64,000 nt of DNA from the sequence record NC_041975.1. One strand, given 5' to 3'. Below the pieces are notes generated by a model, which saw only the letters and a program-made list of their open reading frames with translations, ran no database searches and was not told where the DNA came from. This document shows, one piece after another, positions 1-9,481 of this stretch (position 1 is the first letter of the stretch; every line of letters begins with the position of its first letter). A program made the translations under genes and the position numbers.

Positions 1-1
1 G

Positions 2-682
2 GATGACCAGTTTATTAACGACATGTACTTTGTCATCTACCCGAATAAAATCAGGTTCCGTGGTGGTGAGTATGATAAGTACATCGAAGCGATTGCCTTG
101 ATGTATGGACTGGTGAGTAATAAGAAGGTCAAGACCAAAGGCTTCGGCGGGACGTATAACCACGTCAAGTTTGAGCAGAGCATCATGAAAGACAAGCAGC
201 TGTTGAAGACGTACCTTACGCTCATCAACAAGGTGTTCTCCTTCTTCTTTATTAAAGTGAAGGAACCCGAACAACGCTGCCTCATTTATTGTGCCACGGT
301 CGAGATGTGTTTGTACGTGACGGATTATCTGAGCAGTATTCATGATACCCTGATCGTGCGTAAATATACCCAGGAAGACCCGAAAGAATCGTTGTATGAA
401 TCTGACGTGAGTGTTTCGACACTGAAGTCAGCCGGCACCGGTGTGGATATCCCAGGACTCCGCACTTGCATCATGACGATCGCGATTGGGTCACGGCAAG
501 CCAGTGATCAGGCATTGGGACGACTGCGGCGGTTGAAAGACTACCCGGACACTATCCCGACGTTTGTTTACTTCGCCTGCACGGGTATCGAAGCACACAT
601 GAAATACCACAGCAAGAAACTCGAACTCTTCCCAGTGAAGACGTTGAGTCTGCGTGAGGTGAACAGCGGCTTCTCGTTATAA
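2..682 (+). CDS. SF2 helicase, C-terminal part (phiKZ gp75-like); gene begins upstream of the window
   Basis: The frame is open from base 2. It has motif V-like STLKSAGTGVDIPGL and motif VI-like QALGRLRR. Confidence 0.8.
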   Translation, partial: DDQFINDMYFVIYPNKIRFRGGEYDKYIEAIALMYGLVSNKKVKTKGFGGTYNHVKFEQSIMKDKQLLKTYLTLINKVFSFFFIKVKEPEQRCLIYCATVEMCLYVTDYLSSIHDTLIVRKYTQEDPKESLYESDVSVSTLKSAGTGVDIPGLRTCIMTIAIGSRQASDQALGRLRRLKDYPDTIPTFVYFACTGIEAHMKYHSKKLELFPVKTLSLREVNSGFSL

Positions 683-693
683 ACTGACTGTGT

Positions 694-729
694 AAAAGAC
701 CAGGGGGCTTACTCCTTGGTCTTTTATGC
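694..729 (+). terminator. hairpin followed by TTTTATGC after the helicase
   Basis: AAAAGACCAGGGGG-CTTA-CTCCTTGGTCTTTT (with G-U pairs), continuing as ATGC. Confidence 0.75.
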
Positions 730-766
730 TTTCTTTCCTTTTCTTTTTGTTAAGGATACACAGCTT

Positions 767-1093
767 ATGAATGGTAACCGGCCAGTAATGGTGATTGGCG
801 GCATGGGGTTGAGTCCTGCATTGATTGAGCGCTTACGACAGTTAGACGACCTGGAGATCAAGTTGGTGGCCGATGTGGCAATCAGTGATATCCTGGAGTT
901 TGAACCGGGTTATGCTCGCGGCTTGGTTCAGGCGATTCAGCATCAGCAACAACGTGAGTGGAATCCCTTCCGGGAAAGCTACTGGGATAACTTCATTACC
1001 CTGCGACGTAAAGAAGTCAACGGACATACCCGCATTCCTCCCAAGAAAGCCACCTGCAGCACCCGTCGTAAGGGACGGAGGTTCAAGGGATGA
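767..1093 (+). CDS. hypothetical protein with basic C-terminal tail
   Basis: ATG at 767 follows a TAAGGA RBS. The track start at 716 lies inside the terminator. Ends RRKGRRFKG. Confidence 0.7.
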   Translation: MNGNRPVMVIGGMGLSPALIERLRQLDDLEIKLVADVAISDILEFEPGYARGLVQAIQHQQQREWNPFRESYWDNFITLRRKEVNGHTRIPPKKATCSTRRKGRRFKG

Positions 1094-1413
1094 GTGAGAT
1101 CGATTATCGTGCATTGAAGTATTGTGTCACCAAGGTTAGTCGACGTATCCGCGACGGAGATTCCCGTAACGCGTCACGTTGCCTCTTCCAGTATGTTGAG
1201 ACGCACGCCGCATTACAAGACATGGCCGCCATTGATCGTCTCTTAGCACAGTGCCGAGAAAATAAGGTACCCCTAAAAGAGATCAACAAAGTCTCGTTAC
1301 TGCGTGCATGCTCATGTTTACGCCCCCACCTTACAGAGTATCAGTCGTGTATGGACCTGTGGCGCCAGGACATTAAAGCGGCGGGTATGGAAAACTTATT
1401 AATAGGATTGTGA
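1090..1413 (+). CDS. hypothetical protein
   Basis: 107-aa ORF with an ATGA overlap to the previous gene. Confidence 0.7.
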   Translation: MSEIDYRALKYCVTKVSRRIRDGDSRNASRCLFQYVETHAALQDMAAIDRLLAQCRENKVPLKEINKVSLLRACSCLRPHLTEYQSCMDLWRQDIKAAGMENLLIGL

Positions 1414-1414
1414 T

Positions 1415-1777
1415 ATGTCTGATTATTGTGCGGATATCTTTAAAGCGATCAGTTGCAAAACCCCCACCAAAGGCAGTGAACTCTACATCGATGATTTCGG
1501 TGATCTGTGGATGTTGATTCCCAAGCTTAACCGCTTCGGTGAGCAGTCAGTGTTTCGTCAGTATGCCGGTAACCTTGCGTTGATGGCTGACCGCGGGCAG
1601 ATGTATCAGGGTCAGTTATATGTGTGTGAGTTGATCCCGGGATATCACTTGGTGTTAACCAACCAAGCCGTGATGGTCAACCAATACAGCCTGGTGCAGT
1701 ATGTGAAGACCCGTGCTGCGAAAGTAGAAGCGCGCTACCGTAAGAAACCCAAGCCGATGAGCCGAGCTTACGCGTAA
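1415..1777 (+). CDS. hypothetical protein
   Basis: 120-aa ORF tightly packed in the operon. Confidence 0.7.
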   Translation: MSDYCADIFKAISCKTPTKGSELYIDDFGDLWMLIPKLNRFGEQSVFRQYAGNLALMADRGQMYQGQLYVCELIPGYHLVLTNQAVMVNQYSLVQYVKTRAAKVEARYRKKPKPMSRAYA

Positions 1778-1807
1778 GCAACCTGACTGACAAGAAAGGA
1801 TAGACCT

Positions 1808-2317
1808 ATGTTCGAATGGTTCTCTGTGTTATTGATGAAGTGGTTGACTCGAAAGGAAAAGAAACACAACAGGACAGTGCGGGTAGAACCGGTGGTGTTT
1901 GAACCGCAACTCAAACCCACCCCGCAGCCGTTGAGTAACGCGTTAAAAGAAGAAGCGCAGCAGATTCGGGACACCCTGCTGTTTGAGTCGCCGTTGAATA
2001 AATCCCGACCGATCCCGACCAAACCCACCTTACGGGTGGTAAGGTCCAGTACAAGCTCCTCACGCCCACACGGTAAGGCGAACGATGACAGTATGCTAAC
2101 ACATGCCTTATTGATGCAGCAGGTGTTAGCAGACGATACAGCGGCGTCTGATCGTCATCATCGTACCCATGCCCCTCAGGATAACCACCGCCATGAAGAC
2201 CGACCCTCGTACCATTCCACGCCCACTCATCATAGCAGCTCTGGTAGTAGTCGCGATGATGATAACGGGAGTAATGATTACAGTAGCGGACCTAGTGACA
2301 GCGGTTCGTCTGATTAA
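1808..2317 (+). CDS. hypothetical protein with His/Ser/Asp-rich disordered C-terminus
   Basis: AAGGA RBS. Ends HSTPTHHSSSGSSRDDDNGSNDYSSGPSDSGSSD. Confidence 0.75.
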   Translation: MFEWFSVLLMKWLTRKEKKHNRTVRVEPVVFEPQLKPTPQPLSNALKEEAQQIRDTLLFESPLNKSRPIPTKPTLRVVRSSTSSSRPHGKANDDSMLTHALLMQQVLADDTAASDRHHRTHAPQDNHRHEDRPSYHSTPTHHSSSGSSRDDDNGSNDYSSGPSDSGSSD

Positions 2318-2356
2318 CACCCTCGATTAACCTTACGTAATAAGGAACGCCTCACC

Positions 2357-3265
2357 ATGACAGATCCCCGCCCCATTCTCGCCGCAGCCATCGGAGAGCC
2401 CCAGGATGACGATTGCTGGGATTTTCCGGGCGAGACTGTTGTTGGTCACGGTGACTTGATGTACACCAACGTCCATAAGCCTCAGGCGTTATGGAATGGT
2501 GTTATCCGGTCACTGCGAAAACGTTTCCTTACTGAACCATCAATTAACCAAAAGGATACTTGTATGACCGAGCAATACAAGCCATTGCCTGACACCGGAT
2601 ACCAAAGCCATGTCTGTGAGCCCGATGTTCTCAACACAAACGACCGGATTTATCCCCGCAAGAGTCTGGTAGCCTTGCTGGAGAAATTCCCCTCCTATAA
2701 TTTTCGTGGAACAACCGTAAAACGCTATCCTTTTATGCGCCGTCTGGCGGTGTTGTTTAAGATAGCGTTCTTACAGACCAGCCTTGACCAGAAGGCTTTA
2801 TCTTTGAATACACGCCAGACCGGTAAGCCACGGATCACGCAACATTCATTAACTGGTATCTGTAATTTAATGCACCAGCTGCATTATGAGCTCAGAGAGC
2901 TTCAGTATCAAAACCCTAATCCGATTGACCTGACCCGTTACCTGAAACTCTTAACCGGTAAGGATGTCTGGGAGAAGCCAAGTGTGGGTGCGTGGGGTAG
3001 TGAATTTACCATGCTCTATTTTCATCATCATCAGGCAGGTGTCGGTAAATCAATGTTCTACAACATGTTGCCAAAGATTAAACTGCACCTGGCGGGTATT
3101 CATGCGACGTTCGGTGGTCAACCATGGATCTATGACAGTAATTGCAGGGGTCCTGCTGGCTTCTGGCCTGCCACGATTGAATACGGCATGGCGCATAATG
3201 GACCGGCCATCACTGCTCAGTTAAATCGCGAGCGTCTGGTGAAACCTAAGAAAGGAAAAGCATAA
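2357..3265 (+). CDS. hypothetical protein
   Basis: 302 aa with a TAAGGA RBS. Contains an isolated AGVGKS motif. Confidence 0.75.
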   Translation: MTDPRPILAAAIGEPQDDDCWDFPGETVVGHGDLMYTNVHKPQALWNGVIRSLRKRFLTEPSINQKDTCMTEQYKPLPDTGYQSHVCEPDVLNTNDRIYPRKSLVALLEKFPSYNFRGTTVKRYPFMRRLAVLFKIAFLQTSLDQKALSLNTRQTGKPRITQHSLTGICNLMHQLHYELRELQYQNPNPIDLTRYLKLLTGKDVWEKPSVGAWGSEFTMLYFHHHQAGVGKSMFYNMLPKIKLHLAGIHATFGGQPWIYDSNCRGPAGFWPATIEYGMAHNGPAITAQLNRERLVKPKKGKA

Positions 3266-4374
3266 TGGCACTGGATCAAGAGTATTATGAAAAGGCATTG
3301 GGCGTCCTACTGACCAAAGGTTTCTCTAACCAAGAAGCTGACCAGATCGCCACCACGCTTTCGGTATATCTCCCGATGCGTTTCATCAAAGCTGGTGTAT
3401 GGACACTCATGCCTTACGACCAGCATCCGGCTGATCCTCTGGCATTTAAACACATGCGGCTACTTGACCGTATCCCTGAGTTAAAGAAACCAGTGATCCT
3501 TCAAATGCCGACTGACTTTACTTACACCACGTATGGCCAGGAGTATTGCCCTGGCGCTGACGCGCCGGTATACACCACAGGGCCTGATGGTTATACACAT
3601 CATCCGGTTGGTTGGGAAAGTGGCATTACTGGCATGCCGGGTGTAATGGGTCCGGCTGGGGATGACAATATTGAAGTCAGTGATCTAACCGGTGATCAAC
3701 CCCAAAACGATATCAGTCAGTTCACCGTTGTCATGCGGGTTGGTGGCAAAGCTATTAAAATGACGTTGGAAGAACTCATCCAGGAAATTGGAGGTTATGA
3801 CAAACTTCCTGCTTCGGCACGTGCCGCGATTGATCGTGTCATGGAAGAGCATCGCAATGCCCCTGTAACTACTATATCTGTGCGTACACCCTTACCAGGC
3901 GGAGTATCTCAGGAGCAAGCTGACTATCTGAAACTGGGCGACCTCAGCGACATCGAAGGGATCAAACGGGCTTACCCGATCATCGACGAGAAAACAGCTG
4001 AACGGATGTCTAAGTTGCATTGTCAGCTTAATCAGCATATCGCGCGGGTTCATCGTGAGCCGAGAGACGTTGAGGTATTTGATCTGCTTGCGGGCGATCA
4101 CTCTCAGCGGATATTCCAATCTCGTCATGCTAAACGTCAGTACCCAAACAGTTTGTTTGAGAAGTTCCTGCCGGATCAAGCCGACATCGATGAACCCGAG
4201 GGCATGACTGTTAAAATCAAAACCCACAGCGTACGTCACTTCGGGCACGGTCTTGAAATTAGCACGCCTTTGTTTGGCCAATCCCACAAAAACCCTACGG
4301 GACCACAAACCATGCCGGGGCTTGAGAAAGGCCGTGATGGTAAACGTAAACGTAATAAGAAGGGCAGACGATGA
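3265..4374 (+). CDS. hypothetical protein with short Gly-X-Y stretch and basic tail
   Basis: 369 aa with a TAATG overlap. Contains GITGMPGVMGPAGDD and ends KGRDGKRKRNKKGRR. Confidence 0.75.
   Translation: MALDQEYYEKALGVLLTKGFSNQEADQIATTLSVYLPMRFIKAGVWTLMPYDQHPADPLAFKHMRLLDRIPELKKPVILQMPTDFTYTTYGQEYCPGADAPVYTTGPDGYTHHPVGWESGITGMPGVMGPAGDDNIEVSDLTGDQPQNDISQFTVVMRVGGKAIKMTLEELIQEIGGYDKLPASARAAIDRVMEEHRNAPVTTISVRTPLPGGVSQEQADYLKLGDLSDIEGIKRAYPIIDEKTAERMSKLHCQLNQHIARVHREPRDVEVFDLLAGDHSQRIFQSRHAKRQYPNSLFEKFLPDQADIDEPEGMTVKIKTHSVRHFGHGLEISTPLFGQSHKNPTGPQTMPGLEKGRDGKRKRNKKGRR
3701..3728 (+). repeat. 28-bp exact direct repeat, copy 1
   Basis: CCCAAAACGATATCAGTCAGTTCACCGT, identical to 17978-18005. 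Confidence 0.9.
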
Positions 4375-5144
4375 TCGATCGCAGTTTTGAAGGTGGCTGG
4401 GAGTCTATACTGCAATGGCATGGGTTTGCTGATCGTGCTAAACAGGGGCTGTCTGAGCACTTTGTTATCGTGGATTACGGAACCCAGGCAGAGGCCGCCG
4501 CTTTTGAGCAATTGACAGCGTTGGCGGAGAAAGTGAAGTATGTCTCAGTCGAGCGGGTTAAAGCCGTTGATTTTACCCCGACGCTTGTACGTACGCTACA
4601 TGAACGTGAACATGGCTGGCATTACTGTCATGTCATGGGGCGATGTGGTTACGGCGGCCACGGGATAATGATTGGTGCCAATGGCGGCTGGACAGGCGCG
4701 CACGGCGGTGCAGGTGATGCAGGTTCGCCCTCAACACCTGATGATGGCTCGATACTATACCAGACAGATTACAGTAGTCCCTGCATCCAGGGCCGAGGAT
4801 TTACTACGCTGCAAGACATGATGGAAAACGCCAGCCCTTACGATTACCCTCGGGAGATTCGTATAGTAGGGGATCGGCATGACCCGGATGTCAAAGCGTT
4901 AACGCAGGCAGTGATAAAGCTTGTTGGGCGTCGAGCCATCAAAGTAGTTAGCATACCGCATCCCGACATGATGTATAGACCCGGCCCGCACCGAACGTAT
5001 AACCTCGCGCTGGAGAAATACCGAGAGCGATTTGACATTGCTTATAAACAAGCATTAGAAAATGTCAACAAGGCGGCTACCCTGCCGTATGCCCGTGGGC
5101 CATTGCAGTCTGTTCTGGCGACTCAACGCAAGAAACACTTTTAA
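4371..5144 (+). CDS. hypothetical protein with Gly-rich segment
   Basis: 257 aa with an ATGA overlap. Confidence 0.75.
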   Translation: MIDRSFEGGWESILQWHGFADRAKQGLSEHFVIVDYGTQAEAAAFEQLTALAEKVKYVSVERVKAVDFTPTLVRTLHEREHGWHYCHVMGRCGYGGHGIMIGANGGWTGAHGGAGDAGSPSTPDDGSILYQTDYSSPCIQGRGFTTLQDMMENASPYDYPREIRIVGDRHDPDVKALTQAVIKLVGRRAIKVVSIPHPDMMYRPGPHRTYNLALEKYRERFDIAYKQALENVNKAATLPYARGPLQSVLATQRKKHF

Positions 5145-5171
5145 TCAGTTCCCCTCAACAGGAGAGTAACC

Positions 5172-5477
5172 ATGTGTAACATGCGATCGGATTGGTTTGT
5201 AGAAGACGAACCGTCCATGAAGGAAAGTGATCCGCATTTCGACAATAAAGCAATGGATGGCTTGATGGCAAAGATCCGTGACTTTGTTAAAGAGAGTGAT
5301 GCGGCGACCTATGTCCCGCAAGCCCTGTTTGGCGAAGCCGGTAAAGTTAACCTGTCCAAAGTGGCAGCAGTAACCCGTCCGGTCGATCACCTCATTACCC
5401 TGAACCCAGTGGCCAATGACGGTGATGTGTATCTGGACTTCGCGCGAGGGAAGCGACGTGGATACAAACCCCACTGA
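5172..5477 (+). CDS. hypothetical protein
   Basis: 101 aa with a GGAGA RBS. Confidence 0.7.
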   Translation: MCNMRSDWFVEDEPSMKESDPHFDNKAMDGLMAKIRDFVKESDAATYVPQALFGEAGKVNLSKVAAVTRPVDHLITLNPVANDGDVYLDFARGKRRGYKPH

Positions 5478-5688
5478 AGTTAACATCGAGCAGACCAATC
5501 GTTATGAGGGGTCTACCGATGATTTGGTCCAGCAAGCTAATGATCGTGGTTTTCTCCAGGGGATTCGTATCACTTCTGGCGAGGACATCGATCCAAGCAT
5601 TTGGACACCTGAGAAGATCGAAAAGTTGAAAGCTGCACTTCGACATATTCGTGACTCAGAACAACGCATCAAAGGTAGCCAGGGGTAA
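5416..5688 (+). CDS. hypothetical protein (start uncertain)
   Basis: The ORF fills the gap up to the hairpin, and its stop lies in the hairpin loop. Confidence 0.55.
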   Translation: MTVMCIWTSREGSDVDTNPTEVNIEQTNRYEGSTDDLVQQANDRGFLQGIRITSGEDIDPSIWTPEKIEKLKAALRHIRDSEQRIKGSQG

Positions 5689-5706
5689 CACCCTGGCTTT
5701 ATGCCG
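5677..5706 (+). terminator. hairpin-TTATGCCG element
   Basis: AGCCAGGG-GTAACA-CCCTGGCT followed by TTATGCCG. Confidence 0.75.
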
Positions 5707-5726
5707 GTTTAACGAGGACGTGTAAC

Positions 5727-6182
5727 ATGGAATCGAGCGGTTTGATTACGCTGGCAATGGTCTTTTTAACCTTCGTCATTGGGTTATGTTGTTGGCTGAC
5801 GCGTTTCATACGCTATCACACCAACCGCTACACCGTTGACACCAAGAAGGCGTTAAAGCAATTTGCCTGCAAGCTTGAACGAGTACTGGATGTCCCGCAG
5901 CCGTATTCGCTGGCACAAAGCGAAATGACAAGGCTGGATAATGAACTGAACGCTTCTCTCTTCCTCTTTGAAGAGATCACAGGGAAGATCCACGATGAAA
6001 CCAGTCGACTGTACCTGGAGTCAAGTTTCATGGTGGTGCGCGGCACTCAACACGATACCCCGATTCGTATCTGTGTGGCGAACACAATCTTCAGCCTGTC
6101 AACGACTAACCACAATCACCACAGCGTCATGAAGGTCATCAACGACTTTAATAACCGCTTGGCTAAAATTGTAGAAAGTTAA
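5727..6182 (+). CDS. N-terminally membrane-anchored hypothetical protein
   Basis: Hydrophobic LITLAMVFLTFVIGLCCWL segment; GAGGA RBS. Confidence 0.7.
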   Translation: MESSGLITLAMVFLTFVIGLCCWLTRFIRYHTNRYTVDTKKALKQFACKLERVLDVPQPYSLAQSEMTRLDNELNASLFLFEEITGKIHDETSRLYLESSFMVVRGTQHDTPIRICVANTIFSLSTTNHNHHSVMKVINDFNNRLAKIVES

Positions 6183-6196
6183 GCACAGAAAAACTC

Positions 6197-6209
6197 AGAC
6201 CTATATCAC
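6197..6209 (+). promoter_or_regulatory. candidate early phage promoter (variant copy)
   Basis: AGACCTATATCAC is a 2-mismatch copy of AGACCTACATTAC and overlaps the inverted repeat TATCACG-CC-CGTGATA. Confidence 0.45.
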
Positions 6210-6257
6210 GCCCGTGATAGACCCCTCATCCCCCATTAATCTTAAGTGAGTTCAATC

Positions 6258-6698
6258 ATGAAATACGTTTACGCTATTATCGCTGTTCTTGGTTTCTCTT
6301 TTGTGTCTGTTGCATTTGCTGCAGATCAAACCAAAGTGGTGAAAGGCTGGTACGCCGAATACAACACGGCTTCGGTCCTGTATTCTGCTGGGCCAAAGAA
6401 AGGACAAGAATTGACCATGGAATGTGTATTAGGTGGTTGGACGTTTGCGTATGCAGACAAGATGGGCGAGGAAGTAAACTCGGTCGATGATGACATGACA
6501 ATCCTGGTCGACGGTGCAGCGTTTGCTGTGCCGAAGACTCAGGGTCAACGTGAGAAGTTATACGCAGCCATTCAGCATGCTAAGAGTGGTATTCAATACA
6601 AAACCCACGCCTATGGTGCGTCGGTAGTATTCCCAGTGGATGGCTTGGCCGAGATGTTTCGTGACCTGCCGTTTGAAGTCAGCCCGTGCATGAGCTAA
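6258..6698 (+). CDS. secreted/periplasmic protein, possibly IalB-like fold
   Basis: Signal peptide MKYVYAIIAVLGFSFVSVAFA|AD, two Cys, and C-terminal FPVDGLAEMFRDL...C. Confidence 0.7.
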   Translation: MKYVYAIIAVLGFSFVSVAFAADQTKVVKGWYAEYNTASVLYSAGPKKGQELTMECVLGGWTFAYADKMGEEVNSVDDDMTILVDGAAFAVPKTQGQREKLYAAIQHAKSGIQYKTHAYGASVVFPVDGLAEMFRDLPFEVSPCMS

Positions 6699-6711
6699 AA
6701 GGAAAACAATT

Positions 6712-7413
6712 GTGATGACTCCTACCAAACAAATTAAACGCAGCTACCGTCTGATCAAAGTGACTGCCGATGTAACACGGGATAACTGGGTCGGGAAAGA
6801 CATCGACTTCATTGTTCAGTCCAATAAAGACATGATCGGTGACACCACACGTGGTGGACCTAATCGCATGCTCGCGACATACATCGTGCTGGGTAACCGC
6901 ATACCTGTAACCGTTAACAGCCATGCGACCATTACCCGGGAAGAAGGCTTGCAGGATCTGCAGGTTAGTATTGTCGATGGTCAGTCAAACTACATTGACA
7001 TCAGTAATGTGCGTTACGTTGTGTCGTGTGAGTTAGAAGAGCACTTCACCTACACCCCACCAAAAGAACCTTCGCTACTTGATCAGCTGGTTGGCGGACC
7101 AATGGGTGACCCAACCCATATGTTCATTATCGATGAAAACTATAACGTCTTTGTCGGTACAGCGAACGATTCACAGGAAGATTATGCCTTGGCTGGTCGT
7201 CTGATCAGTAACCTCGGTTCTCATGATGCTGAAGCTAATGATTTGGAGATTATCGGCAGTTATCCTGATGACCAAGGTGACCACTACTACGTCTCCATTG
7301 ATTGGAACAAGTCATTCATTTCCGGGATTTCCAACAACGAGAAATGCGAATGGTTTAACCAACTCGATGCACTGGTAGCAATGTTGCTGGAAAAGATTAA
7401 AGTTACAGTGTAA
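6712..7413 (+). CDS. hypothetical protein
   Basis: 233 aa with an AAGGA RBS. Confidence 0.75.
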   Translation: MMTPTKQIKRSYRLIKVTADVTRDNWVGKDIDFIVQSNKDMIGDTTRGGPNRMLATYIVLGNRIPVTVNSHATITREEGLQDLQVSIVDGQSNYIDISNVRYVVSCELEEHFTYTPPKEPSLLDQLVGGPMGDPTHMFIIDENYNVFVGTANDSQEDYALAGRLISNLGSHDAEANDLEIIGSYPDDQGDHYYVSIDWNKSFISGISNNEKCEWFNQLDALVAMLLEKIKVTV

Positions 7414-7421
7414 GTAATATC

Positions 7422-7454
7422 AGGCAGGGGGACTACTCTCTGCCTTTATTTTTT
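7422..7454 (+). terminator. intrinsic terminator
   Basis: AGGCAGGGG-GACTAC-TCTCTGCCT followed by TTATTTTTT. Confidence 0.7.
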
Positions 7455-7525
7455 GTGGTATTCTGCCACAGAAAACTACTGGCCATACTGTCAGTAGTAT
7501 TCACTCAATAGACTGCGAGGAATAA

Positions 7526-8086
7526 ATGATGTTTGATAAAATTGAAGGATTGGCTGATGTGATTGAGCTGAAGTACGGCTTGCTTGATATCACCTATCAC
7601 CGCGATAACGACAAAGACCTCTATGTCGATGTCTTTTATAAAGACACACGCTTGTCAAGCCGGCGTGACATGACCGATGCCCTGGACTACGCTTATATCG
7701 GTGTGCGGTTGTGTAACCCTCAGTTCGGTGCCTGGTGTTATGGTGCTGAGCGTGAGTTGGTCATGTCGCATTTAATGGACGCATTGAGAATGGTGGGTAA
7801 GCCTGCACCCAGGGCGGTTGAAGACTCACGGTTAAAGACAGGGATTCATCGTACCATTCAGCTACTTGCCGAGAACGGTAACCTGCATCCGAAAGAAGAT
7901 GATATCCGCATCACGATCCATCGTGCAGCACGAGTGGACTACGGTTCATCAGATACCATCGAAACAACCATCAGCATGACCAACCACGATATTACTATTA
8001 GTAAGCGACGGATTGAGTGTGTCAGTGGTGAGATGCGGGATTTACAAGCATGGGCGCGTAAGTTATATGCGAGACACTTTGAATAA
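7526..8086 (+). CDS. hypothetical protein
   Basis: 186 aa with a GAGGA RBS. Confidence 0.75.
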   Translation: MMFDKIEGLADVIELKYGLLDITYHRDNDKDLYVDVFYKDTRLSSRRDMTDALDYAYIGVRLCNPQFGAWCYGAERELVMSHLMDALRMVGKPAPRAVEDSRLKTGIHRTIQLLAENGNLHPKEDDIRITIHRAARVDYGSSDTIETTISMTNHDITISKRRIECVSGEMRDLQAWARKLYARHFE

Positions 8087-8096
8087 CGAGGTAGCT

Positions 8097-8498
8097 ATGG
8101 GTAGTGCGTACTGTAAGGTTGTGGCAATCCACAGCATCTATGTACACAGTGCAGCGATGGAAGCGGTATCCGCTAAATACAGGAGCTGTTTTCGTTTGGC
8201 GTATAACTTCGTGAATGCCACGCAGTTAGCCCAACAGCTACGGCTTGCCGTGAAGAACAGCGAAATCCTGATTGTTGATACCAGTGACTTTACTCGCCGG
8301 GCACTTAACAATCTTAATGAGCAGTTCTACTGCATCTATCCGGGTGAGGAACAACATTCCGATATGTCAATCAAGCATCAGCGTAACTGTCGCATGACGC
8401 CTGACTGTATTCATATCGAAATTCAAAACCTCAGCGACTTTGAGCGCTTAAACTGGGAAATTCGACCCGATGCAGGGTTAAGGATATCACGCCGTTAG
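8097..8498 (+). CDS. hypothetical protein
   Basis: ATG 8097 follows GAGG; ATG 8067 is an alternative start. Confidence 0.65.
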   Translation: MGSAYCKVVAIHSIYVHSAAMEAVSAKYRSCFRLAYNFVNATQLAQQLRLAVKNSEILIVDTSDFTRRALNNLNEQFYCIYPGEEQHSDMSIKHQRNCRMTPDCIHIEIQNLSDFERLNWEIRPDAGLRISRR

Positions 8499-8500
8499 AA

Positions 8501-8551
8501 CGGCATATAGGCCCTCCATTACGGAGGGCCTTTTATGACATCTTTTTTTTT
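8501..8551. terminator. mirrored hairpin element at a convergent junction
   Basis: CGGCATAT-AGGCCCTCC-ATTAC-GGAGGGCCT-TTTATGAC, then a T-tract. Confidence 0.8.
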
Positions 8552-8563
8552 TGGTTTACAGCG

Positions 8564-8941
8564 TTATACCAGGCGCTGAGTTAGCTGCGAACTATATTGA
8601 ATAGCGTGATAGGTCGCAGGTTTCTCAAGCTGCTCGGTGCAGCGGTAGACCGGGGTCTTCATAAAAGGACAACCGGCATTCATTAATGCCTCACGGTTGC
8701 TGGGCGACTCATCCACGCGAATCACCACATCCGTGGACTGGAAGCCAAAGACTTCCCGCTTCGTTGCAGTATATTCTGCATCCAGCACCACGATCTTACG
8801 GTTGATCACCAGCTTCACGGCCACCGGGTATTTGATTACCAGGTCTGACCCTAAGCCCGCCAAGACAAACTTAATGACAAACTTCTTAAGTCCATTTAGC
8901 AACTGACTCTCACTGGCCCAACTTTTAACAATCTGCAGCAT
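8564..8941 (-). CDS. hypothetical protein (start 8941 or 9010)
   Basis: ORF downstream of the chaperone on the same strand. Confidence 0.6.
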   Translation of the reverse strand: MLQIVKSWASESQLLNGLKKFVIKFVLAGLGSDLVIKYPVAVKLVINRKIVVLDAEYTATKREVFGFQSTDVVIRVDESPSNREALMNAGCPFMKTPVYRCTEQLEKPATYHAIQYSSQLTQRLV

Positions 8942-9016
8942 GTGTGTATTTCCACTCATATAAGGGGAAGTTAAGAAAAGCAACCTGAGGGTCCGTCCGT
9001 GATCCCTCATAATGTA

Positions 9017-9481
9017 TTACTTCATACCGTCCAACTGCTTTTGAAGTTCCTTTAACTGACGGCTTGCATCCGGCGTCTCGGCGTCATGGTCTCTGATCGC
9101 TTCAATAAACGACTTCCGTTTGCAATAAGGATACTTCATCCATTTATCAAATGACAAACCAAATTTGCCCAAGATATCCGCACGCAGATATTCGAGCTCA
9201 TACTTTCGATACCCAACTAACGCCAGCGAGTCTTCCTGCTCGACCTGTAAGATTAACGAGAGCGGCGAGGTTTCCACGTTATGGTCAATAATCCCAAACG
9301 TGTCATCGTAAAGCTCTGTTAATCGAATTAGTGGATACTCCCAGTTCTCGGTAAGAAACGTGGGGTTTTCTAACGCGACATCCCAGGCATCGGACCGATC
9401 ACTTTCGGACAGACCGAAATCCCAATGGATTAGATGTCGGCTTGATCGAACGTCTGATTCAGTGTATTCGTCATTAGGGTA
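9017..9481 (-). CDS. -1-frame extension of the tail assembly chaperone (gpT/E'-like domain)
   Basis: The frame is open from 9529 to 9017. It has no ATG until the last codons, and the track's GTG at 9277 lacks a clear RBS. It is reached by a -1 slip at 9481-9488. Contains FGLSFDKWMKYPYCKRKSFIEAI. Confidence 0.75.
   Translation of the reverse strand, partial: YPNDEYTESDVRSSRHLIHWDFGLSESDRSDAWDVALENPTFLTENWEYPLIRLTELYDDTFGIIDHNVETSPLSLILQVEQEDSLALVGYRKYELEYLRADILGKFGLSFDKWMKYPYCKRKSFIEAIRDHDAETPDASRQLKELQKQLDGMK

Noticed and set aside
9008-9019. TACATTAT on the minus strand as an early promoter
   Set aside because: It lacks the ARACC prefix and overlaps stop/start codons of a late-type operon.
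9017-9277. 86-aa ORF as an independent GTG-start gene
   Set aside because: It has no clear RBS, and the frame is open 68 more codons to the slippery run. It is better explained as a frameshift extension.
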